Below, piece by piece: positions 24,245-32,000 of a stretch of DNA of 32,000 bases. The notes under the pieces are model-generated. The model was not told where the DNA came from. It worked only from the letters and a program-made list of their open reading frames with translations, and did no database searches. This DNA is from Erysipelotrichaceae bacterium MTC7. Lineage in GTDB: Bacteria > Bacillota_I > Bacilli_A > Erysipelotrichales > Erysipelotrichaceae. The translations under genes and the position numbers were made by a program. The stretch lies in the NCBI GenBank assembly GCA_001695645.1, contig LVZN01000001.1, positions 120,001 to 152,000 on the forward strand, written 5' to 3'. Each line of letters begins with the position of its first letter. Position 1 is the stretch's first letter.

Positions 24245-24686
24245 GTCAACAATTCAAATTTTCCAAACAATTTCTCCTTTTTTCTTTTTTCTCTTACTTT
24301 GTTGTTGATTTTTTTACTACCCTCATACTTTTCTGTTGTATTTTCTTCTTCAATTACTTCGTCAAATTATTTTGATTGTAGTTACCTTATCACTTTCCTT
24401 TTTTTGCTTTTCTCTTTCTTCTTTGCCTATTGTTATAAGCTTGGTGTCATAAAGTATTTGATCAACAACGCTTCTTCGTCTAAATGTACATTCTATTCAC
24501 TCTAATTTGATAGCGGATACTGCCTGAATAACATCGATCATTATTCATTCCTATTGCCGTTTCATATTCAAATATAGTCTTTGTCAATTGTCTCATTTAG
24601 ACTGCTTATGTTCCCATGGGTCTAAGCTCCTTTCTGTTTGGAAATTTATGCGAGGTGACTAATTATTTCTTTTAGTCCTCCTCCTT
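24202..24686 (-). ncRNA. candidate unannotated purine-rich non-coding transcript (about 480 nt) bounded by an orphan promoter and terminator
   Basis: A promoter at 24693..24720 and a terminator at 24202..24244 lie on the same strand. The longest minus-strand ORF between them is 38 codons and has no RBS. The plus strand of 24271..24430 is about 80 percent pyrimidine by my hand count. Confidence 0.3.
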
Positions 24687-24692
24687 ACTTAC

Positions 24693-24720
24693 ATTATAGC
24701 CATTCGTTTTGCTTTGTTAA
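24693..24720 (-). promoter_or_regulatory. orphan sigma-A promoter pointing toward rsmG
   Basis: Minus strand reads TTAACA (24720..24715), a 16 nt spacer, then TATAAT (24698..24693). Confidence 0.45.
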
Positions 24721-24856
24721 GGGGAGTGTCCAATTTGGCTACTTAATTGGAAGATTCTGATTTTTTGCCTATCTTTTTGTGTTATTCCTCTATATTTTTC
24801 TTTTCTTTTAGGTAATTACTGAGGTAAATGCAAATACATAAGTAAGGAGGTTTTCT

Positions 24857-27800
24857 ATGAAACTTAAAAAAAAAATTTACGGATTGCTCGTCATTCTATT
24901 TGGTTTTAGCAGTTTAGCCTTCTATCCAAATAATCAAGCACGAGCACAAACCGGACACTTATCTGAACTTTCAACAGGCATTGCCTACGCATGGGAAGCA
25001 AGTTCAGGTAATGTCAACGGAATGACTGCAAGTTGGGGGACCTTGCATGCTTACACAATTGATGGACAACGTGCTTTGTGTATCGATCCCGCTGCACAAA
25101 CCATCCCTGGACCCGGCTATCAAGCGGCAAGTTTGCCAAGTTCAGATGTTCAAACACGTATCTCAAGACTTGCAATTGCAAACCAATACGCTTCGATGAG
25201 TAACGAAGAAGTTGCCGTTTTTAACGCTTATGTGTGGAAGATTTTGCATCCAAATTTAGCCTACAGCAAACTCAACTATGCAAACTTTGCAAATAAAGTA
25301 AGTCAATGGGAAGCAACAGCAAACGCATTTTGGCAACGACCATCGTACCAACTTGGTGACGGAACAATCAAAGTTAATGAACAAAAAACATTTCAAGTTA
25401 ACAACAATGCCAAACAATACAAGTGGAAGGTTCTTAGCACTAGCAACCAGGTTCAAGCAAGCATTGGTGAACAAAATACGCTCTCTGTAAAAAGTAATAA
25501 CATTACTGATGACAACATCACCATTACCTTAGAAAAAGATATTGGTAATTATAAGGGTGGTGCAACAATTTTCACTAAAAGTGGTTCACAAACCTTAGCA
25601 AGTTATCGGTTGCAACAAAGTGATACCATGCAAATCACTTTGAAGAATATCCGCTATGGTGCCCTAGAAATCAGTAAAGTGGACGAACGTCAAAGCCCGG
25701 TACCAAACGTTAGTTTTTTAGTTGCTTACGATTTACAAATGCAAAATGTAATTGGTACCTTTACAACTGGTGAAAATGGAAAAGTCTTAATCAAAGATTT
25801 GTTGCCACAAACGGTCTATGTACAAGAAGTCGCAGTTGTAGCTCCACTAATTATCGATGATACCATCGTACCTATGCACATTGAGCCAAATAAAACACTT
25901 TCCTATAAAATGAATAATAAACGAGTTACTGGTTCCATCAGTTTACTAAAACAAGACGCTGTAACTGGTTCTACAAGTCAGGGTGATGCCTTGCTTTATC
26001 CAGCAACCTACGAGGGCTTTGCCAACGAAGACATTATTGATCCAATTAGCAAACAAGTGCTTCTACCAAAAGATGCTTCCATCGGTCAGCAAACAACTAG
26101 CCAAGACCAACTGCAATTGCAATGGTCTGGTTTGGAACTAGGAAACTATCGTATTGAAGAAATTCAGCCACCTCTTGGTTACAGTAAAGAGAAACCACTA
26201 CTTGTTAGTTTATCCTATGAAAATCAACACACCGCAACGGTTAATCGACAAGTGACTTCCAACGAAAAGGTGTATGAAGGAGAGCTCGCTATTTACAAAG
26301 TATGGGGAAACCTTTCTGGATTGCAGTTAAAAGAAGAAAAAGCTGAATTTGTGATTCAACTTGCTTCAGAAGTTGCAAATGTGGGAAAAGCACAAGCCAA
26401 AGTTTATGACCGCCTAGTTACCAACAGTGATGGCTATGCAAAAAGTAAACCACTACCATTTGGTACATATCTAGTCACTAACACAAAAACTGGAAATTTA
26501 AACTTACATAAAGCTCCAGATATGACCTTTGTCGTAAAGGATGAAAATCAAGCACTACAAACCTATATTGTTCGCAACAATCAATTTGAAGCGTACGCAA
26601 AACTCGTAAAAAAAGACGCAGATTCCAAACAGATTGTTACCTTCAGTGAAGCTACATTCAAAATTAAAGATGCCCAAGGTAACTACATCAAACAACAAGT
26701 TGGTCAAAACATCTACGATACCTTTACCACAACCAAGGATGGACATATACAAAGTGCCATCACGGGTGAAGCCTATACCTATTTAAAACTTCCATATGGA
26801 ACCTACACAATTGAAGAAATCAAAGTTCCTAAAGGAATGCTAGCTTTAGATTATACACCGACGCTTGAGATATCAAGTGATAGCGAGTATTTGGAAAGCG
26901 ATGCACAAGGAAACAGCGTGATTACTCTAGAAATCTTTAACAAGCAACCAAAGGCTGCAATCAAACTAGAAAAAACATGGGAAGCACCAACGGAAACGTC
27001 GACGTATATTGCTGGTTTTGAATTGCGTAATGCTGGAAAAGACATCCTTTCACCAGTTGATGGATCCATCATTTATAAATCTGGTGAAGTAATTAAGAAT
27101 CCGGCAACTGAAGATGGGTACTTTTATACTGATCAATCTCAACAACTTCAAATTGATCAGCTTCCAATTTCAGTAAACGGAACTACAACATATGGACTTC
27201 AAGAAAAAGTTACAACTACTGGCTATGAACTTGCACAAGAAGAGTTGCTATTTCACTTCAAACAAGAAGATCAAACGCAACAAGTTTACCAAAAACAAAG
27301 GACCTTAGAAAACAAGGTATTACGTACAGATTTAATGGTTGAGAAAATTGATGCTTATACCAATGAACGTATAAAAGACTTGGATGGCTTTACTTTCGCT
27401 ATTAACTATCGTTGGCAAGAGAAAGACTACCATGAAGAACAAGACATCGATCCAAAAACTGGTACACTCACATTTACTGACATCCCTTATGGCGCTGTTG
27501 GCGAAATCTATGAAAGCAAGTGTCCAGAATCGTATTTGTTATCAACTGAACGTTATACATTTACCATTGATGAAACATTTGATCAGCTTGGAGCTGTCCA
27601 TCAAATAAGTTATCTCAACGTTCCTACACCTACACTTCATACATTTGCTCATGGTGACAAAGAAGCAAAAACGATTGATCCGACAGTTGATAATCTAGTT
27701 GTTGATGAAATCATGTACACGAATATAGATACGAACGATACCTATGTGCTTGAAACAAAAATCATTAACCGAGAGAGTGAAGAATGTGTAAAAAAACTTG

Positions 27801-28459
27801 TCCAAAACGATCTTATCTTCGAAGATCATGATGGTCTTTTAGAAGTCGAACACCTCATCGAAGCAAATACATTTACCGATCAGGAAAGCATCGTTTTTTA
27901 TGAATATCTCTATCGTCAAGACGATTACATAAATGCACAAAACAGTGAAGAAGACCCTATCGCCTATGTAAAACACGAAGATCTTTACGATCCAAAACAA
28001 ACCATTACCTTTGAAGCGTTCGAGCACATCCTTCATGTAGAAAAACGTGATTTACATTCTAATGAACCAATCAAAGGTGATAAAACGAAAGAAGTTATCT
28101 TTGAAGCTCGTTTCTTTAAAGATGATATGTTAGTCTTCCAAGACCAATTTGCTTCGACAAGTGCAACTGGGGTTGCTACACTTACATTCAAAGGCGGTGG
28201 CACTTACGATGCCATTGAAATTAAAGAAGTCGACGCACCAAAAGGTTATCAACTTTCTGATGAGATTATTAAAATTCAAATGGATGATTTCGATGAAGAT
28301 CACGTATATACCATTCACTACTTCAATGCACTGCTTGAATCAGCTATGCTTCCAGCAACAGGTGATTCAAATCTAACGTCCGTTTTCATACTACTTCTAT
28401 GTAGTTCGATTGGTGGAGGACTCGTGCTACTGCGTAGAAAGTATCGTGAAAAATCATAG
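24857..28459 (+). CDS. LPXTG-anchored multi-domain surface adhesin (Cna-B/SpaA-type Ig-fold repeats plus one Thr-Gln ester-bond, VaFE-type, domain)
   Basis: An AAGGAGG RBS lies 6 nt before the ATG. The signal peptide is MKLKKKIYGLLVILFGFSSLAFYPNNQARA. At least six repeats carry the Cna-B pattern (GALEISKVDE..., LELGNYRIEEIQPPLGYS, LPYGTYTIEEIKVPKGM, IPYGAVGEIYESKCPESY, EIKEVDAPKGYQLS). The C-terminus has LPATG, a hydrophobic helix and RRKYREKS. Confidence 0.9.
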   Translation: MKLKKKIYGLLVILFGFSSLAFYPNNQARAQTGHLSELSTGIAYAWEASSGNVNGMTASWGTLHAYTIDGQRALCIDPAAQTIPGPGYQAASLPSSDVQTRISRLAIANQYASMSNEEVAVFNAYVWKILHPNLAYSKLNYANFANKVSQWEATANAFWQRPSYQLGDGTIKVNEQKTFQVNNNAKQYKWKVLSTSNQVQASIGEQNTLSVKSNNITDDNITITLEKDIGNYKGGATIFTKSGSQTLASYRLQQSDTMQITLKNIRYGALEISKVDERQSPVPNVSFLVAYDLQMQNVIGTFTTGENGKVLIKDLLPQTVYVQEVAVVAPLIIDDTIVPMHIEPNKTLSYKMNNKRVTGSISLLKQDAVTGSTSQGDALLYPATYEGFANEDIIDPISKQVLLPKDASIGQQTTSQDQLQLQWSGLELGNYRIEEIQPPLGYSKEKPLLVSLSYENQHTATVNRQVTSNEKVYEGELAIYKVWGNLSGLQLKEEKAEFVIQLASEVANVGKAQAKVYDRLVTNSDGYAKSKPLPFGTYLVTNTKTGNLNLHKAPDMTFVVKDENQALQTYIVRNNQFEAYAKLVKKDADSKQIVTFSEATFKIKDAQGNYIKQQVGQNIYDTFTTTKDGHIQSAITGEAYTYLKLPYGTYTIEEIKVPKGMLALDYTPTLEISSDSEYLESDAQGNSVITLEIFNKQPKAAIKLEKTWEAPTETSTYIAGFELRNAGKDILSPVDGSIIYKSGEVIKNPATEDGYFYTDQSQQLQIDQLPISVNGTTTYGLQEKVTTTGYELAQEELLFHFKQEDQTQQVYQKQRTLENKVLRTDLMVEKIDAYTNERIKDLDGFTFAINYRWQEKDYHEEQDIDPKTGTLTFTDIPYGAVGEIYESKCPESYLLSTERYTFTIDETFDQLGAVHQISYLNVPTPTLHTFAHGDKEAKTIDPTVDNLVVDEIMYTNIDTNDTYVLETKIINRESEECVKKLVQNDLIFEDHDGLLEVEHLIEANTFTDQESIVFYEYLYRQDDYINAQNSEEDPIAYVKHEDLYDPKQTITFEAFEHILHVEKRDLHSNEPIKGDKTKEVIFEARFFKDDMLVFQDQFASTSATGVATLTFKGGGTYDAIEIKEVDAPKGYQLSDEIIKIQMDDFDEDHVYTIHYFNALLESAMLPATGDSNLTSVFILLLCSSIGGGLVLLRRKYREKS

Positions 28460-29132
28460 AAAGCTTTTTGTTGCATGTTTATTCGTATGCATGTTAGGTG
28501 CATGTAGAAATACTGCAAATGAACATGGCACGATTGAAGATTATGCCTTGAGCGAAACCGAAAAGGATCTAACTCCACCAATCATTATTTGTGACGAAGA
28601 TTCCTTCGAAATTGAACTTGGAGCTGACTTTGATCTTAAGGAGCATATCGAAGTTATTGACAACAAGACAAAAAATATGCGTTACGAAATCGTTGGTGAA
28701 TTGGATAGATATAAACCTGGTAATTATCCATTGGAAATTGCTGCACGTGATCACGCTGGAAATGAAGCGCGAAAAGCCCTTACTGTTCTCGTACGTGATA
28801 AACCAAAAAAGGAGGTGCCAAATCCAAGTACACCTGCAGTGTCAACAGCAAACAAGACTGTAGAACCCACAAAATTACCAACACCTACAGTTTTGGCTGA
28901 TACTTCAACCAACCAACAGAATGTTCCTAAGACCACAATCAAAGAAACAAGACCGGAGGACAAAGTATTTCTATTTACAGAAGGTTATACAACCTCTTTG
29001 GGTGCAAATCCAGCAGATTTGGCTTGCCAAGAGTATTTATTTAGCATGCAACATACAGGCTATGGAGGTGTGTGTAAAATACTTTATGATGATGTAGGAA
29101 ATCCGATTGGTGCACAAACTCTATTTCATTAA
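28446..29132 (+). CDS. lipoprotein with an Ig-like (DUF5011/HYR-like) domain, a P/T-rich linker and a small Cys-containing C-terminal domain
   Basis: GTG 28446 gives MKNHRKLFVACLFVCMLGAC, which has the lipobox L-G-A-C. It overlaps the adhesin stop by 14 nt. The track start at 28410 adds a non-signal extension. The Ig-like stretch is PPIIICDEDSFEIELGADFDLKEHIEVID...GNYPLEIAARDHAGNEA. Confidence 0.65.
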   Translation: MKNHRKLFVACLFVCMLGACRNTANEHGTIEDYALSETEKDLTPPIIICDEDSFEIELGADFDLKEHIEVIDNKTKNMRYEIVGELDRYKPGNYPLEIAARDHAGNEARKALTVLVRDKPKKEVPNPSTPAVSTANKTVEPTKLPTPTVLADTSTNQQNVPKTTIKETRPEDKVFLFTEGYTTSLGANPADLACQEYLFSMQHTGYGGVCKILYDDVGNPIGAQTLFH

Positions 29133-29168
29133 AAAAAGCCATGCTCGCCTTTGTGAGTATGGCTTTTA
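29131..29168. terminator. bidirectional intrinsic terminator between the lipoprotein gene and the ABC operon
   Basis: AAGCCATGCTC (29136..29146), an 8 nt loop, then GAGTATGGCTT (29155..29165). It has an A7 run on the left and TTTT on the right. Confidence 0.7.
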
Positions 29169-29174
29169 TGTGTA

Positions 29175-30125
29175 TTATCTTTCCCCAGCGTCGTAAATTT
29201 GACCGGCTGCTTTTGGCCCAATTGAGCGTTTGGCAAACAATACCAATGCTAAAATTGTAAGAACGTAAGGAATTGAGTAGAAGAATTCTGTTGGCATTCC
29301 ACTTAATCCAGGAATATTTCCTGAGTAAGAAGAAATGATTTCTGAGAAACCAAAGAATACTCCAGTGAATAGACATCCCCAAGGATTCCATTTTCCAAAT
29401 ACCAAACATCCAAGGGCGATAAATCCAACCCCGTGAATAACTGATACAGAGAATTGAATGTTTGTTGTTAGTAGCATAATTCCACCAGCTAAACCACCAA
29501 GAGCTCCTGATGATAGGACACCGATGTAACGCATCTTCGCAACATTAATTCCCATAGAAGCACTCGCTTGTGGGAATTCCCCACAACTACGTAAACGTAA
29601 TCCAAAGCGTGTTTTGTACAGTAAGAAATAAGCTCCTACAACAAGTAAAACAGCGATAAAGAACGTTGGGTATGTGTCATTGAAGAACATACGTCCTAGT
29701 AGTGGAATATCCTTTAAAATAGGAATTGAAATTTTTGGCATACTTACTGGAATGTTAGGTGATCTTTGTCCTTGGAAAATCAATTGACATAAGAAGACTG
29801 TTAATCCCGTAGATAACATGTTAAGTGCTGTACCTGAAATGGTTTGGTCTGCACGTAAACGAATGGATACGAATGCATGAATTGCTGAATATGCACATCC
29901 AACAATTGCACCTACAAGTAGACCAACCCAAATGGCTGCTCGCCCCATACTTTCCCCTAGGAAGATAACGGTTACTGCTGTTGCAAAAGCACCAACTAAC
30001 ATAATCCCTTCCAAGGCGATGTTAATAACTCCACTTCGCTCTGAGAATAGTCCACCAAGAGCTGCAATGATGATTGGTGTCGCCATAACTAGTGCAGCTG
30101 GGAACATTTGTAAGAATAATTCCAT
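29175..30125 (-). CDS. ABC transporter permease (BMP/nucleoside-type, NupQ/YufQ-like)
   Basis: 316 aa polytopic protein. The N-terminus MELFLQMFPAALVMATPIIIAALGGLFSERSGVINIALEGIML is typical of this permease family. An AAGGAGGG RBS is present. Confidence 0.8.
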   Translation of the reverse strand: MELFLQMFPAALVMATPIIIAALGGLFSERSGVINIALEGIMLVGAFATAVTVIFLGESMGRAAIWVGLLVGAIVGCAYSAIHAFVSIRLRADQTISGTALNMLSTGLTVFLCQLIFQGQRSPNIPVSMPKISIPILKDIPLLGRMFFNDTYPTFFIAVLLVVGAYFLLYKTRFGLRLRSCGEFPQASASMGINVAKMRYIGVLSSGALGGLAGGIMLLTTNIQFSVSVIHGVGFIALGCLVFGKWNPWGCLFTGVFFGFSEIISSYSGNIPGLSGMPTEFFYSIPYVLTILALVLFAKRSIGPKAAGQIYDAGER

Positions 30126-30126
30126 A

Positions 30127-31236
30127 TTATTTTCCCTCCTTACTAGTTTCTAGCGTATTTGGTTTGCCTTTGTTGTGTTTACGTAGGGCAAGTTTGTTCA
30201 ACAATAGACGAATTCCATATTGCATAGCCACAAAGAGTACGATAAATGCAGAAATAATTTCATTGATTTCTTTTGGCACTCCAGTTGCTTGCATCAATGG
30301 TGCCATAACTTTTAATAAACCAAATAACAACCCTGCAAGTACGATTCCAATGGCATTGAACGCACCTACAAAGGCTACGGCAATTCCATCAAATCCATAG
30401 TTTTCAAATCCACTAAGTACACGTCCCATATTGAATACACCTAGTGACATGATCGCTCCAGCAAGTCCAGCTAAAGCTCCCGCGATCATCATAGAAAGAA
30501 TGATATTACGTTTTGTTTTCATCCCTGCATAATCTGCAGCGTGTTCGTTATGTCCTGTTGCACGTAAACTAAAACCAAATGATGTTTTGTTTAAGATAAA
30601 CCAGTATCCAAACACACATAATGCAACAATCAAAATTCCCCAGTGCAAACGTGAGTTGTTTGTGATACTGCTTAATACATCTGAACTTAATGATGCCGAT
30701 GTAGGAATTACAACCGTTTTTGAAATACTTGAACCTGGTAATGATTTAAGAATAAAGTTACTTAAATACATTCCAAAGTAGTTCAACATGATACATACAA
30801 CAACTTCATTGATTTTAAAGTTACTTTTTAATAATCCAGGAATAAAGCCCCAAAGTGCTCCAGCAAGTGCTCCTGCAAGAACTGCAGCAACAACATGTAA
30901 AATTCCAGGAAGTGGAACAAGAATTGCAACAACAACACTTGCACATGCTCCAACCATAAACTGCCCTTCTGCTCCAATGTTGAACATTCCTGTCTTGTAG
31001 GCAAAGGCAACCGATAATCCAGTAAGAATCAAAGGTAAAGAGAAGACGATGAATTCTCCAGTGTTACGTAAGTTGAAGACTGGTCGCATCGTTGTCATTC
31101 CAGTAAGTCCACGTAAAATGGCATTGAATAAGACCATTGGACTATATCCAGAGACAATCAAGATGAGCAATCCAAGAAGTAAACCAAGACCAACGGATAC
31201 TAACGATACTTTTAAAGCTGACGTTTTCTTATTCAT
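30127..31236 (-). CDS. ABC transporter permease (BMP/nucleoside-type, NupP/YufP-like)
   Basis: Polytopic protein with FNIGAEGQFMVGA. Start set at ATG 31236 (MNKKTSALKVSLVS), behind an AAGGAGG RBS embedded in the ATPase 3' end. The track start at 31335 lies inside the ATPase gene. Confidence 0.8.
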   Translation of the reverse strand: MNKKTSALKVSLVSVGLGLLLGLLILIVSGYSPMVLFNAILRGLTGMTTMRPVFNLRNTGEFIVFSLPLILTGLSVAFAYKTGMFNIGAEGQFMVGACASVVVAILVPLPGILHVVAAVLAGALAGALWGFIPGLLKSNFKINEVVVCIMLNYFGMYLSNFILKSLPGSSISKTVVIPTSASLSSDVLSSITNNSRLHWGILIVALCVFGYWFILNKTSFGFSLRATGHNEHAADYAGMKTKRNIILSMMIAGALAGLAGAIMSLGVFNMGRVLSGFENYGFDGIAVAFVGAFNAIGIVLAGLLFGLLKVMAPLMQATGVPKEINEIISAFIVLFVAMQYGIRLLLNKLALRKHNKGKPNTLETSKEGK

Positions 31237-32000
31237 GTGTCCCTTCCTCCTTGTATTTTTCTCCTGCCATGTATAAACCAATGTCTTTAAAGTCGGTTTT
31301 ATCACGGTCGATAAATGCGGTACGTTCTCCATCATGAATCACGACAACACGATCTGAAAGGTCAAGAATTTCATCAAGGTCAAGTGACATTAACAAAACC
31401 GCTTTTCCGTTATCGCGTTCTTCAACGATACGTCCGTGAATGTATTCAATCGCTCCAACATCGAGTCCGCGTGTTGGTTGTACAACTAGCAACAACTTAG
31501 GACTACGATCCAATTCTCTAGCAATAATTGCCTTTTGTTGGTTTCCTCCTGACATACTACGTGTTAAGGATTCTTTTCCTTCTCCACTACGTACGTCAAA
31601 TTCATCGATGAGTTTATCAGCGTGTTTATTGATTACATCCATTTGCAGAATACCGTGTTTTGCGAATGGTGCGTCTGCATATGACTGTAGGATAAGGTTT
31701 TCTTTCAACAAGAAATCAAGAACCAAACCATATTTATGGCGGTCTTCTGGAATATGTCCCATCCCCTTATCAAAACGCTCTTTTACTGTACAATTGCGAA
31801 TATCTTCACCACAAAGTAAGATTTCTCCTTTACTTGCTTTCATCAACCCAGCAAGTGCATAGATAAGTTCACTTTGTCCGTTTCCGTCAACTCCAGCTAA
31901 ACCTACGATTTCACCGGCACGAACATTGAAGGAAAAGTCTTTCACCAATTGTTTCTTGCTATCGCTTTCCACACATAAGTCTTTTACTTCTAAAACAACT
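31229..32000 (-). CDS. ABC transporter ATP-binding protein, C-terminal (second) ATPase domain; gene continues past the right edge
   Basis: Walker A is GLAGVDGNGQSEL, the signature is MSGGNQQKAIIAREL and Walker B is LLVVQPTRGLDVGA. The frame stays open upstream of the track GVG/GTG start to position 32000 (..VVLEVKDLCVESD..), so this is a tandem-domain sugar/nucleoside-type ATPase. Confidence 0.85.
   Translation of the reverse strand, partial: VVLEVKDLCVESDSKKQLVKDFSFNVRAGEIVGLAGVDGNGQSELIYALAGLMKASKGEILLCGEDIRNCTVKERFDKGMGHIPEDRHKYGLVLDFLLKENLILQSYADAPFAKHGILQMDVINKHADKLIDEFDVRSGEGKESLTRSMSGGNQQKAIIARELDRSPKLLLVVQPTRGLDVGAIEYIHGRIVEERDNGKAVLLMSLDLDEILDLSDRVVVIHDGERTAFIDRDKTDFKDIGLYMAGEKYKEEGTHE

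Noticed and set aside
24209-24505. The 98 aa plus-strand ORF in the track (MGSLLSIHNNEPVNNSNF...).
   Set aside because: It is a low-complexity F/L/S-rich translation of a pyrimidine tract. It has no RBS and starts inside the terminator hairpin, so it is most likely a compositional artefact.
24480-24596. A 38-codon minus-strand ORF (MRQLTKTIFEYETAIGMNNDRCYSGSIRYQIRVNRMYI) inside the putative ncRNA.
   Set aside because: It has no Shine-Dalgarno and no recognisable motif. Open frames are expected by chance on a T-poor purine-rich strand.
24622-24637. The minus-strand ACAGAAAGGAGCUUAG resembles the RNase P RNA CR-V motif ACAGAAnnnGGCUUA.
   Set aside because: It lies near the 5' end of the putative transcript, not the 3' end. 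No GAGGAAAGUCC (CR-I/P4) partner is present, and the rest of the RNA is purine-rich and cannot form the RNase P core.
24154-24856. Possible oriC. The gene-free spacer sits where transcription diverges (minus-strand genes to the left, plus-strand genes to the right), next to origin-proximal genes.
   Set aside because: I found no TTATCCACA / TGTGGATAA DnaA boxes (best matches are about 6 of 9). There is no dnaA or dnaN nearby, and minus-strand genes resume at 29175.
25079-25237. Thioester (TED/TQXA) domain at the adhesin N-terminus: DGQRALCIDP resembles the Cys motif and AVFNAYVW resembles TQxA(I/V)W.
   Set aside because: The would-be Gln is Asn. The two motifs are only 48 residues apart, against roughly 130-150 in characterised TEDs as I recall. 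I cannot support a thioester domain without an HMM or structure comparison.
1-32000. Searched by eye for CRISPR repeats, tRNA/rRNA genes, IS elements, integrases, prophage genes, toxin-antitoxin pairs and known defence-system genes.
   Set aside because: None found. The accessory-looking content consists of surface proteins and the sigma-54/PTS cassette, with no flanking repeats or recombinases visible in this window.

Overview
This 32 kb window is chromosomal DNA from a low-GC Gram-positive bacterium (Firmicutes-like). I cannot name the species from sequence alone. I found no rRNA, tRNA, CRISPR array, transposase or integrase.

Gene content, left to right:
- A minus-strand housekeeping operon: mnmE, tatD, a zinc-ribbon membrane protein and an RDD/PHP fusion protein.
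- A COG2509-type FAD oxidoreductase.
- A vWA surface protein split by a single-base frameshift in a homopolymer.
- A YdhF-like aldo/keto reductase, a DUF5662-like gene, tam and an EEP-family nuclease/phosphatase.
- A compact sigma-54 cassette at about 11.1-21.0 kb. It holds rpoN, a divergent LevR-type activator, mannose-family PTS EIIA/B/C/D, and SIS, HAD, TIM-barrel and DeoC-type aldolase genes.
- The origin-proximal block rsmG-noc-soj-spo0J.
- A 700 bp gene-free spacer with strong purine/pyrimidine strand asymmetry.
- A 1200 aa LPATG-anchored adhesin with an overlapping lipoprotein gene.
- The distal part of a BMP/Nup-type ABC transporter operon.

Most interesting observations:
1. Three exact-spacing -24/-12 sigma-54 promoter elements all lie inside the cassette. 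Two are in tandem before EIIA. One lies on top of an extended -10 promoter directly upstream of rpoN itself.
2. An orphan promoter and a strand-specific terminator bracket a roughly 480 nt purine-rich minus-strand transcript with no ORF, upstream of rsmG.
3. Both surface proteins carry homopolymer tracts. An A5 tract splits the vWA gene, and the site is also a U-AAA-AAG slippery site. An A10 tract sits in the adhesin signal peptide.
4. The catabolic gene set downstream of the PTS is unusual.
5. Several genes have an extended -10 element only 6-10 nt from the ATG, which suggests leaderless mRNAs.

All calls come from reading the sequence and from remembered family motifs. No database search was run.
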